Source of the DNA: Lepidodermella squamata
Lineage: Eukaryota; Animalia; Gastrotricha
Assembly: GCA_047495785.1 (NCBI GenBank)
Contig: JBLDXI010000004.1
Coordinates: 1,984,001-2,048,000 of the forward strand
Length of the DNA stretch: 64,000 nucleotides
Direction: 5' to 3'
The first letter of the stretch is position 1. Every line of letters begins with the position of its first letter. This document shows positions 39,401-50,232 of the stretch, one piece after another. A program made the translations under genes and the position numbers. The notes under the pieces are model-generated. The model was not told the origin of the DNA and did not search any database. It saw only the letters and a program-made list of their open reading frames with translations.

Positions 39401-41012
39401 GGCGGCTGTCCACAAACTTTATACGGTAATTTGTTAGAAGAATCAACAGTGAGTGGAAAATGAGTCACCTGCTGCTTCACAGCTACCAGTCGCAGACCAG
39501 CTGCCGTTTGCTTGGCACTCACTTGTTCCCTGGCCAACGAGTTTGAAGCCCGGATTGCAGACCAACGTCATTGTGGACAAGTACGCTGTCGATCTGTTGG
39601 AGCTCGTCAAATATCCATTACTTATTACAGTAGCGGGGCCACAGTCTTAATTATACTTATGGAGAATCAGTTTAGAAGAGTCGCTATTACTTACTTAATG
39701 GGTTACACCTGCCATTTATCACCGGTCGAAATGGAGGAAAACACGAAGCAATCGAGACAGAAGACGAATAGGTGTAACCAGCGTTGCATTTCACGCTAAC
39801 AGCCCCTCCTCTTTCCACTGCAGCTCCAGGCCTCAGAACTGCGCCAGTATCTTCTGATGTTTCAGGATCCACTCGGGTCACAAATCCCGCCGACACGTTA
39901 GGCACGGGACAAGACTGCTCCGGAGTACTCACGGTAGTCTGGCTTCGAACATCTGTGTTGCCGGAAATCCAATCGAGAACCTTGCAGACTCTGCTGTAGA
40001 TGCCAGGAGTGTATCCGTTGCAGGACTCATCGCCGTTAGAAATAATGCCGAGAAGGTAAGTCTGCCTCGATTTCAAACACATGAGAGGCCCACCAGAATC
40101 CCCGAAGCAAACATCGCTGTCATCGGCGGCGAAACACATCTTCGAGTCGGTGATGGTGACCGCGTCAGAGCGGCCTCGCGAATATTCCATTGAGCAGTTT
40201 CGGTACGATCGAACTTGAAGATCCAGCTTCCTCGGGATTTCAGATAGTCTGGCTAAAATACAAGAGAGCGATTAGTAAAGACATCAGGATGGAATGGTGT
40301 TAAATTACGAAACATACTGTATGCAAAGTGACCCCAGCCAACTGCAACTGCTGAATCGCATCCGTCGATCGAATTCGCAGTGACAGAGTTGGCCCGGCAC
40401 ATGGTTGCTGCGTCGGGCAAACAAATCGGTTTGATCTGCTGCGAGAATCTGGGAACGGGTGTCGTCAGGCGCAGAAGAGCGAAATCAAAGTCGTAGAAAT
40501 TCTGACTCCCTTTGTAAAGCGGATGCACCAATGGAGGCAGCGACACGAGAGATTCGTAAGAGCCCGTCTCAGACCGGAAACTGATATTGTGGCGACCTAG
40601 TAGGGCTTTGATCCTAGGCACAGATAAGAGATTAGACCATCAAACAGGGCAAAACAACGGGAAAATCTTACAAAATCGGAGTTTCTCCGGCATCCCAAAC
40701 ACAATGAGCAGCTGTAATCAGCCATTGCCTCGAGATGAGAGAAGCTCCGCAGTACGAAGCTGATGTTTCACCGTTTTTGTACATTTCAAGAAAGACCTAT
40801 GGCGACATCCTGTTTGTGTTAAATTGCATTAACATTGAATTGAAACAAACCAGCCATGGGTAGTCGTTTGGTCCTGCTGGATGGCTGCCAGGGCCTCGCG
40901 ATTTCGCCATAGCCGTGGGGTTTACAGCACCACATTCGGCATTGTCTTGAGCAAAGACTACTCCGGATACCAGCCCAAGGAAGGCAATTATCCTAGCTAT
41001 AACAAGGTGCAT
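36452..41012 (-). CDS. Secreted trypsin-like serine protease - 3x sushi/CCP - ankyrin-repeat protein, copy 2 (predicted 791 aa)
   Basis: Exons 41012-40851, 40796-40672, 40613-40318, 40252-39695, 39645-39469, 39416-39235, 37327-36452; total 2376 nt, in frame; same intron positions and phases as copy 1; triad intact. Confidence 0.88.
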
Positions 41013-41792
41013 TTTGTCAATTGCACAAGAAATTCTGAGGTAGAGCTACTAAAATGGCTTGATAAAACCTTCTTCGTGCGCGCATAAACGTGCAGCTTTC
41101 TCTTTAAAGAGTATGTTTCTATTATTATGAAGTTTTTATTCGTGTTTACATCTCTGTTTGTAGTTTGTAATAACATGATGAGATACATGTAAGATTTCAA
41201 AGCGGAGAATACTCTGCGGCTAGGTTTGAAACATCCTGCATCCTGTTAAAATAACCTAATGTAACGGCCAGGTCTGCGTATTACTAGAAATTATTCTGTC
41301 CGCCTTCATCAAACCGCTTAAGCCTGGGTCAAACTTTTCGTGGCTGGGCGCCAAGTGGCGGGCATTTACTATCCTCATTAAGGCATCTCGAAAACAACAT
41401 GGGCCAGCAAAAATTGTGCCCACTAATAATATGCTTTAGTAACGAATAAAGAAGGACTAATTTTCACACGTTGTTTTTTCTCTCAATTTTTTGTTTCTCT
41501 TACAGGGACAACATTTGTTTCGTGCTTTGAGCAGTCGAGAAAGTCCAGTATGCGAAAGCCTTCGTGTCGTTGTTCAACTTGGTTCCTCGAAGCGTGCTAG
41601 CGCGGTCTGGAAGTTCTTTACTCACCAGCCGTAGAGAAGTTGTTTTTCACCACTCGATAGTGTTCCTATTTTCTCTTCATGGAAATCGAACTTAGTTTCA
41701 TCTGACGCGGAAATTGTACGTCGCCTTTCCTGGGATTGCTAATACTCACCTGCGCTAAAGTGTCAGTTCTCACTGATTTGGCAGTTTTCTAG

Positions 41793-42070
41793 ATGTATTG
41801 TCTAGTGTACTCTGATCCTGTCGACAGCCTGGTCGTAGCCCTTGCTTACTTTCTTTTCGCGTCTCAGGCCGCCTGCTCAGGCCTGGCGTACAACTACTGG
41901 AAGATTTTCCAAACTATCCGGGCCCCTCGTCTCAGATTGTTGGTTGTTGGTCCCAGTAGCCGCAGAACTCTCACTGAGGCTAATTCACAGGTCAACACTT
42001 TACATTTATGACTTCTATTTTGATGATTGAATATTTCAACTATGACTCGCTTTTTCCCGTTCATTACTAA
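41793..42070 (+). pseudogene. Internally deleted remnant of the orphan 7TM receptor (copy-2-like)
   Basis: 'PVDSLVVALAYFLFASQAACSGLAYNYWKIF' is joined directly to 'VGPSSRRTLT', matching 49085-49205 and 49617-49680. Upstream ~41590-41700 resembles ~47035-47135. Confidence 0.85.
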
Positions 42071-43081
42071 CAAACCGTTGTGAATTTTACGAAAAGTAGG
42101 ACAGCAATTCATATCGCCAATCATCTGATAACGAGGAATCGAATTTAATGCGAATTTAGTAAAATCGGGGAGAAGGGAGAAACTGCGTCTGGGTTGCTCT
42201 CAGCTTTCCGCCGCCCGAGCACCCTCACGAAAACAGGAAGGTGAAATTTCACTGCGAAGTAGATGCTTCGGTCTTTTCATGTGGCTAATGCTTTCTAGAC
42301 ATCGAAACAGTAGTTAATGTAAATGAGCTTGGCTGCTGGCTAGACTCAATACTCCAAGAAGTGAAGCCAGTGTGCGAACGAAAAGGGGCCTCGAGAGGTC
42401 CAGGCGAGAAAACCCGAAAAAAACCAAATTTGTCCGAAAATTACTGAAATTACCCCTGGATCGAGAAACATGATCATACACACGCATGTTTGTGTCACGG
42501 CAAGTCTTTGTTATGCCTAAATAGAGCAGCATAATAGCAATAGCTTTCATGGTCAACTGTTGAGAGGAAGACCGACTTCACAAAATTCAGCGGAAATCAT
42601 TTGCTGTAAACAGAATGAAAACTCAGTATGTGTATCTCGGCGCCATTTCGGGGAAGTTGTTTTTTGGTTGGGCCTTTCTGCAACTGACGCCTTCCTTTTG
42701 AAACGTGGATTACTTAGCCCACTGCCAAACTGGTGACAGATGATGATGATGATGAGTTATTCAACGACGCCAACGATATCATCTTGCACTTTATGAATAC
42801 CTTCAGCAGAGCTGCGATTGATTATAGTTTTAGTTGTATGCAATCAAGAATATGTGTAGTTTCCTTCAAAGTTTACCGTCCTTCAAGTTTCCTTCAGGCT
42901 CAACATGTACCGCTATTAAAACTACGTTGAGAAGTGGGTGGACATCTTCCGGTCGTTCGCCAGCAAAAACAGTGTCAAAACTGGGGAGGGGCACCTTGAA
43001 GCAAATTGATGCTCGAAGCAACTTCCTTTCCTGTCGACTTGTTCTCGAAATATTTGTGTTTAAAAAGAGTCAATCCATCGA

Positions 43082-44423
43082 ATGTCGCAGATGAATGCAA
43101 GTGTGCTGCCAGGAGGCACGTGGCTCGTCGCCGATGTGCCTCGAAGCGATCGCGACGGACCAAGGCCGTATTTCGTTGGCTGGGTTCACGACCTAAGCAC
43201 TAGCTCAATGGCTGACCGTCTGCCTTACGTCATTCTATGTGCAGTGCTGGCCGTTTTCGCCGTTTTCGCCAGCCTGGCAAATGTCGTGATTTACTATCGC
43301 CGTAAAGTGAATCGCGACTTGCTGCTACTCAACTGCATGGCCGCTGCGAGGAACTTGTGCTATGTTGGCAACTGGATGTATGTGCTGCTCGTAACTCTGC
43401 CAACCGGCTACTGGGAGGCGAGCAACTTCGCGTGCCAGTTTACGTTCTGGCTAAATTTATTCACTGGCACCTACGGTTTGTTTGTCAACCTGCACATCAG
43501 CTACGAACGTCGCGTTTGCGTCACTTCGAACAGCATCTACCGATCTAACACGCCCAAGGTAAGACTAAAGCAGTGATGCGACTGCGGGAGGGTTTGCGGG
43601 AGTCCAAAGACCATACCAAATTTCTCAATTATGCAATGCGGCTAAGTTTAACCTTGGTCTTGCTGTCTAATTTAAATTGAATTGAAACAGCTCAACGTAA
43701 AATCGATTTCCACTTCCTTGCGAATCACGCATATACCTAATCATCTCTGCATTTCCGCAGCTCGTTGCGATGGCGCTGGGCTTGCTCGTGTTTAGTGCAG
43801 CGTCTTGCTTCCTGTTTTCCATCGCTCCGTTTCCGGTGATGAGCGTTCAACGGTTGGTACTCATCGACTACAACACATCAAACAATCACAGCCTCAACAA
43901 CACGAATCCCGCCGTGAGAATATGCGGGGCATTTGTCGATCGCCTCGTCGGGCCTCTCGACAGCCTCGTCCTGAGCGTAGCAATGTTCTTACTCGACTCC
44001 TCGACTGTGTTCATCGGCCTGGCGTACAACTACTGGGCGGTTTTTCGAACAGTCCGAGCGGCTCGCTTACGGCTACGAGGCGTCACGTCCATGGGAGACG
44101 AGTGGTACAGGAAGGAGACTTTCATCGCCAAGCAGTCGCTGGCGGCTTTCGTTGTCTACGTCGCCAGCTACGTGCCGTTGACGGTGAACGTCGCTCAGTA
44201 CTTGTCGTACCGCGTGCATGGGCTCGTCGACGCCAGTGGGCACTTGCTCAAGTACGGCCAACTGTGCTTGATTCTCGAAATTATTCTGTCAGCCATCATC
44301 AAGACGCTGAAGCCAGGGTTCTTCGATTTCAATACAATTATTTTGACGCGATTGGGTGTAAAGTGGCGTGCATTGACAATGCTCAAGTCGGCAAGATTTC
44401 GAATAGGCCAAGTGAGAAATTAA
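43082..44423 (+). CDS. Orphan class-A-like 7TM receptor 1 (C-terminal tail replaced by LINE sequence)
   Basis: Exons 43082-43558 and 43761-44423 (phase 0, GT-AG). Seven hydrophobic segments; ECL1 Trp plus TM3 Cys; ISYERR (DRY-like); ECL2 Cys; YWAVF; SYVP. Similarity to the paralogues ends at KPGF. Confidence 0.8.
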
Positions 44424-45000
44424 TAAGAATGGAGACAATATTAATAATGTGTGTTATAATACCCACCATCATTTACGCCTGCGAATCGTGGAACATATCG
44501 ATAGCCCAAGAAAATAGACTAAACACTATAGAATATCGATGGCTTCGATCTATAGTAGGTGTCCACCTAATGGACTATATTCCAAATATAGACATTCGAC
44601 TTGCGTTATGCGGAGGTCTCATTGAAGTGAGCCGCATTGTTGAAAAGCAAAGGCTAAGGTATCTAGGTCGCATAATTAGGTCACGTGACTATGACGTAGA
44701 AGGACTAATACACAAAATATATATTTGGACGCCTCCGCTTGGGTGGTTTGCTCCCAGAGGTAGACCTCGAACCAGATGGATCAACGGAGTGCATAGAAGC
44801 CTAATTAAAGTAGGTCTTACTAAGGAAATTCGCCGGAAAAAGAAAACCAATAAGAAAACACAAAAAGCAGAATCCTCGACTGTGGGGGTGGGTGAGGATC
44901 ATTCTTCGCCTGCCTTCGCCCTCTTCAAAACCGGAAACGGTATACGACGCTCAGTCTCGAAGAGGCAAAATAAAACTATTATTATACAATATTAATAAAC
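44322..45000 (+). mobile_element. 5'-truncated RTE-clade LINE fragment
   Basis: 'IPTIIYACESWN...EYRWLRSIVGV...RLRYLGRIIR...PRGRPRTRW' is the typical RTE ORF C-terminus; AT-rich tail. Confidence 0.85.
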
Positions 45001-45170
45001 CCAGGTCATTGATTAGCAGAATGTAGAATGAAACCATAGCTCTCGCTGTATCTGTACATCGATGTAAATGGCGAACCGCGTGGCCGTCAATCATTCAACA
45101 TCGGTTCACAGTTCCTTCCACGTCGGATTTACTGAAAGATAAGCGGCTGCAGTGAATTCTGCAAAAAAAC

Positions 45171-46540
45171 ATGGAAAGATTTTACATATACAGCAGCATG
45201 CCGTATGCGTGTTTTAGCTATGTAGCTGCTGTTGCCGTCCTCATTCGCGTGTCATCAGCTCAGGGCGATGCAATATCAGCGGCGGATATTAGCAGTTACT
45301 ACTATCCCCCAGGCGAGGTCTTCTCGCAAGACCTGATCAAACGCTGCAATTTGAAGACTAAAACGCGCCCGTCACGTGACCACGACGAACCCGTTGCCGT
45401 CACGATCGATACGTACCCGTACCGATTCTGCGGCATTTTCGACAAGGAACAAACGTGAGCTACTATTAACAATGCCTTCGATAATATGCCCTAGTAAAAA
45501 CTATTCTAAAGGTACTCGATGATAATCGAATTCGATTTCACGTGGTATCATCCGTGTGCGCAATGGAGCGCGAATGATAGCCGCCTGCGGTCTTTCGAAC
45601 TGCCTGCCTCCGAATGCTGGTACCCGCGAGTTCAGCACACGAATGCAAATGACGATATATCGAAGCTGTTCAGGTTGCAGATTTGGTCTTCCAATTCATG
45701 CATATTCACGGTTTCTTCATTTAGCTCGGTAGAACCAATTGGCAAAATGTTTCTGTACAGCGATGGCCGACAGGTGTTGCCGGTTGTTTTGGAAGTCAAT
45801 TCTTTCTGCCAATTGAAGTTTTACCAACACTTTATTCTAACTGTGCTGCTGCATCTGTTTTTTGTTGAAGGCTGATGAAATTCCCCTTTGATACTCAAAA
45901 CTGCCGCGTCGAAATCGAATCGTGGTATATTGCCCCTGAGGTTCGACTGCAACTGCCGGAGAATCAGAGCGATCTCAACGACAGAATCGCCGACAATTTC
46001 ATATCAGCGAATGACATTTGGGAGCTCACGGCAACTAATGCCAGCGTTGCTATCCATTCGTACAGTGGCGATGCAAAAGGTGAAAAGTACTACCGCGTGA
46101 TTTACGAGTTCAGCTACAGGCGCAAATCGGCGTCGTACATCATGAACATATTCCTGCCCAGCTTCGCGCTGCTCTCGCTGATGCTCTCCGTGTGGGTGAT
46201 GCCGCCCGAGCACCCGGACCGCCCCGGCTTCTGCATGACCGTCGTGCTCGCCTACACCGTCCTGCTGTCCATTGTCTCGGACTCGCTGCCGAAAACCTCC
46301 GAGCTCAGCTACACGCTCATCTTCATGGGCGCGCAGATGGTCATCGGCTGTCTGTGCACCATCTACGCCCTGGTAACGTGCCAACTTGCAAATGTCCCAA
46401 TGTTCAAGAAGCGGAAATTCAAACTTGGAAAGATAAAGTTGACGCTCATTCAAGCTGTTGATATGACGTTTTTCGTCTTTCTTATCATAGCGAGTTCAGT
46501 TATAAATGTTGTAATTCTTTACAACATGATAATATCTTAA
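45171..46540 (+). CDS. Cys-loop ligand-gated ion channel subunit 1 (nAChR/5-HT3-like, non-alpha; predicted 402 aa)
   Basis: Exons 45171-45454, 45512-45673, 45725-45817, 45871-46540 (1209 nt, in frame). Signal peptide; TRP, WYP; Cys-loop CQLKLMKFPFDTQNC; ESW; pre-M1 RR; four TM helices; LPKTS. Confidence 0.92.
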
Positions 46541-47515
46541 ATAAAGAATTTGCACAGGGGACAATGAATGCTTCATCAAGTTGTTTAAGCACAATGTACA
46601 TGTCGAACTTGTTTCCGTATTGCTCTCTCAAATATCTGGACGTAGCAGCACGCGGTGTCAAATCGAACAACCAAGCAAAAACTAGTGGGAGATTTAGGTA
46701 AAAAGCGTTTGAACAATAAAAACTGCATCTAAACCCCAATGAATAATTGTCGGACTTTATCCTTGGTAAAAAATAATTTCACATACTTCTGATATAGACT
46801 CAGTTCTATCATTGTCACCGTAGGAAGCGATAGTTTTTTCACTTGGCGTCGTGATTACTAGTACGCAGCAGCTGTTATTGCGTTGAAATTATCTCGCTCT
46901 ATTACGTCGCTCAATTAAGCGAGATAAGTTCAAGCCTTAAGCAATCGAGCAGAAAGAGCAAATCGACATTGTTTGATATGTGGAAATGGCGCTAAAATTA
47001 AATTTTATATCGTTTTTCAAATTGATTCTCTGAAAGCGTGCTAGCAGAGGCTGGAGGTTCTTCGTCTTGCATCCTGTGTGAAATGTTTTTTTCGCTCTAA
47101 ATGTTTCCTGTTTAGCCTCCGATCGGAAATTGAACTCTGACTCAGTTCAAATCGTGCCATTTTTTACTGTGATTGTATTGCTAAAACTCACAGAATCTGC
47201 AGAACTCACAGAGAAAAACGGTTTTCTGACGTCACAGTGATTTCAAGCTGCAAGCGGATCAATATTTACCGTATAAAATAACAGCTGCATTGCTGTATGC
47301 ATGTGATTTCAGTCCTTGATCTCGGTCATCAACACGAGTGTTTTTCATACATTTTGAACATACACGTTGATGTCAGCTGATGTGCCGCCGGAATGCATTT
47401 CCCCACATGTCACCGTGCTGTTCGTGTTCTTTCCTGTCGATCGCAATTACAATGATGGATGATGCGCTTTTGACGATGAGTCTTTCACGCTGATAGCGAA
47501 TGCACGCACGCAGTC

Positions 47516-49689
47516 ATGACAGTGCCGAATGCAACTGTTTTACCGGGCGGGTCGTGGATAGTCGCAGATTTGCCTGACCACGCGTTCAACGGCCCGAAGG
47601 CGTATTTCGTAGGATGGGCACACGATCTGAGCTCTCACTCGGTCGCAGATCGCCTGCCTTACACTGCTCTATCCGCAGTGTTGACCGTCATTGGAATTAT
47701 AGCTAGCGTTGCTAATGTTGTCATTTACTACCGCCGTAACGTGAATCGCGATTTTCTACTGCTGAACTGCATCGCCGCCGTGAGAAACATGGTTTTCGCC
47801 GTTGATTGGACGTTCATGCTTCTGGTGCCGCTCGGCAACAGCAACTGGGAGGCGAGCGATGCCACATGCCAGCTGTCGTTCTGGCTGAGTGCCGTCTCCG
47901 GGTCCTATGGCATGCTTCTCAATCTGCACATCAGCTACGAGCGGCGGGTTTGCGTCACCTCAAATAGCATCTACCGGTCGAATACGCGCAAGGTAGGTGC
48001 TAACATCATTTCAAATCTTCCGTCTTTTTCAATTGTAGTGTGCCCATCAGTTACTTTGTAGCCATTAGCGAGTAACAAGAGAGTAGCCTCGCGTGAAGCA
48101 TTGATATACAAAATACAAACGAGTTCCAGCGACAGCCTGTTTTCCAAGGCCAATAGTCGAGAACATTATTCAGCTCGATCAATTATTAAATTAAATGACT
48201 TTAAACGGGATATATCGCTGCGAGATTAAGCAGGTGTTGTAGGTCATGCCTGTTACTTGAATTCGCTTGACGCTTGGGCCAATTTTCGTCTTATATTTTT
48301 CGAGCAAAAACACAAACAAGGTTACTTTAGTTAATTATCGTATAAATAGCTTGAGAAATGAGAAATGACCAGTAATCTTTGATTAGGCAAAAAACAAGTC
48401 AACACCAGCTGCGAGATCCCCATACATACTGGGGCATTTGGCCGAGTTATAGTCGCGCACTGACTAACGCTCCATTAGGATTTTCGCCCCTCTGTTGGGG
48501 TCCACTGCTAATAGTTTTGATACCCCGATCAATATGCCGATCGAAGTTCAAAATTAAAATTAAAATTGCAAAAACAAAATTAGCCGTGAATTTAACGTGG
48601 TTGAAACACAGTTGGCTGAAACACATTTTGAAATGACCGATTAAACCGGCTAGTTAAAGCCGCGGTTATAAACGTTACAGAGCGATAGCTTTTGGGGGTA
48701 TGGCATTTTTCGAATAAAATCACGGTACCATTAAAAATAAGGCGGCTTTACATCGTTGAAATCAGCTAAAATCTTCCTGACTCATTGTAACAAAACTTAA
48801 CAAATCACCTAAACTATTTCCTAGTTACTTTATCAATCCTCACCAATCTTAATTGTTGATTTATTGTTGCACTTATCAGCTGGCCGTGATAGCGTCAAGC
48901 CTGCTCGTTTTTTGCTGCGTGTCTTCCTTCGTTTTCGCCTTCGCCCCGTTGTCACTGATGACCGTTCGAACATTTAACCTCATCGACAGCAGTAGCGGCA
49001 GAGGCGATACAAGCCATAACAGCAGCAACAACAGCGCCAATTCGCCAGTTCGACTATGCGCATTTTTCGCCGATCGCCTCGTCGGCCCTGTCGACGGCCT
49101 GCTCGTAGCCGTCTCATACTTCCTATTCGCGTCACAGGCCGCTTGCTCAGGCCTGGCTTACAACTACTGGAAATTATTTCGGGCCATCCGAGCCGCTCGC
49201 CTCAGATCACGAGGCATCATGACTATTGAAGACAATTGGTACAGGAAGGAGACTTTCATCGCCAAGCAATCACTCGCTGCTTTCATCGTCTACTTCACTT
49301 GCCACTTGCCGCTGTCAGTGCATTTCGTCATGGCGCTGTTCTACCGCGACGTGGGGCCAAAGTACGCAAGCGGGGACCTGCTCAAATACGGCCATGTCTG
49401 CTTGATAATGGAAATCTTCCTGTCAGCCTGCATCAAATCGTTGAAGCCTGGCTTTTCCGAGCATTTGCCGTGGTGTATTGGCGCCACAAAGAAAAAAGTA
49501 GGATCGCAGGCGATGAATAACACTGCTAACCGCACTCTGCAAACTGTGAATAGCAGCAAATCTAGCAGCAAGACAGGCTACAGTGTTCCTAACACAAAAT
49601 TCGACAACCCGCAATTTGTTGGTCCTAATAAGACAAGCCGCAGAACCCTTACTAGGGCTAGTTCATTTATGAAAACTTCAAATTTTTGA
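47516..49689 (+). CDS. Orphan class-A-like 7TM receptor 2
   Basis: Exons 47516-47992 and 48880-49689; same intron position as receptor 1; ISYERR, CHLP; Ser/Thr-rich C-tail. Confidence 0.85.
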
Positions 49690-50232
49690 GACTGATTCCG
49701 CTGATTGACTAATTATTTCAACCTAGCCATCACTCACATTTGCTTGCAAATAAATACCAACCCCTGAATATATCTCGCGAAAAGTGGAACAGTTATGATT
49801 TTCATAGTTAGAAAGGTCTCACTCGGCTTCACGGAAATTGAATTCCATGAAGTTGAGATTTAATTGTGATGGAAAAGCTAACCTTGAACCGTGAATGTCC
49901 TGAATTTATAGCACTCAGTGCTCAGAAGTCGCGATCAGCCATCATCAGTGGGAATATCAGTGGAAAGCTCGAATGACCTCAAACGCTTCCCTCGTAATCA
50001 CTGAGTGATCAGACTTCCGGCAAATGGTGCGAATGTCTACAGTTCTCAGTAATTTTATTTTTAGACAGCGTCAGATGGCAAACAAAACACAAAATGCATG
50101 GCACGCCCGCCATTAGTCACGTGTGGGCGACTTGTTGCGAGCAGTGACGCTGATCTCTTGAAAGCTTCCTGTCTCGGAATTTTGTAGTTCTGATGCTGCC
50201 GCCTGCGCCCGACAGCAGTCTCATCAGCAGTC

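Noticed and set aside
43805-44995. 396-aa ORF as a real gene
   Set aside because: It is a chance read-through of an alternative frame of 7TM exon 2 into an RTE LINE fragment.
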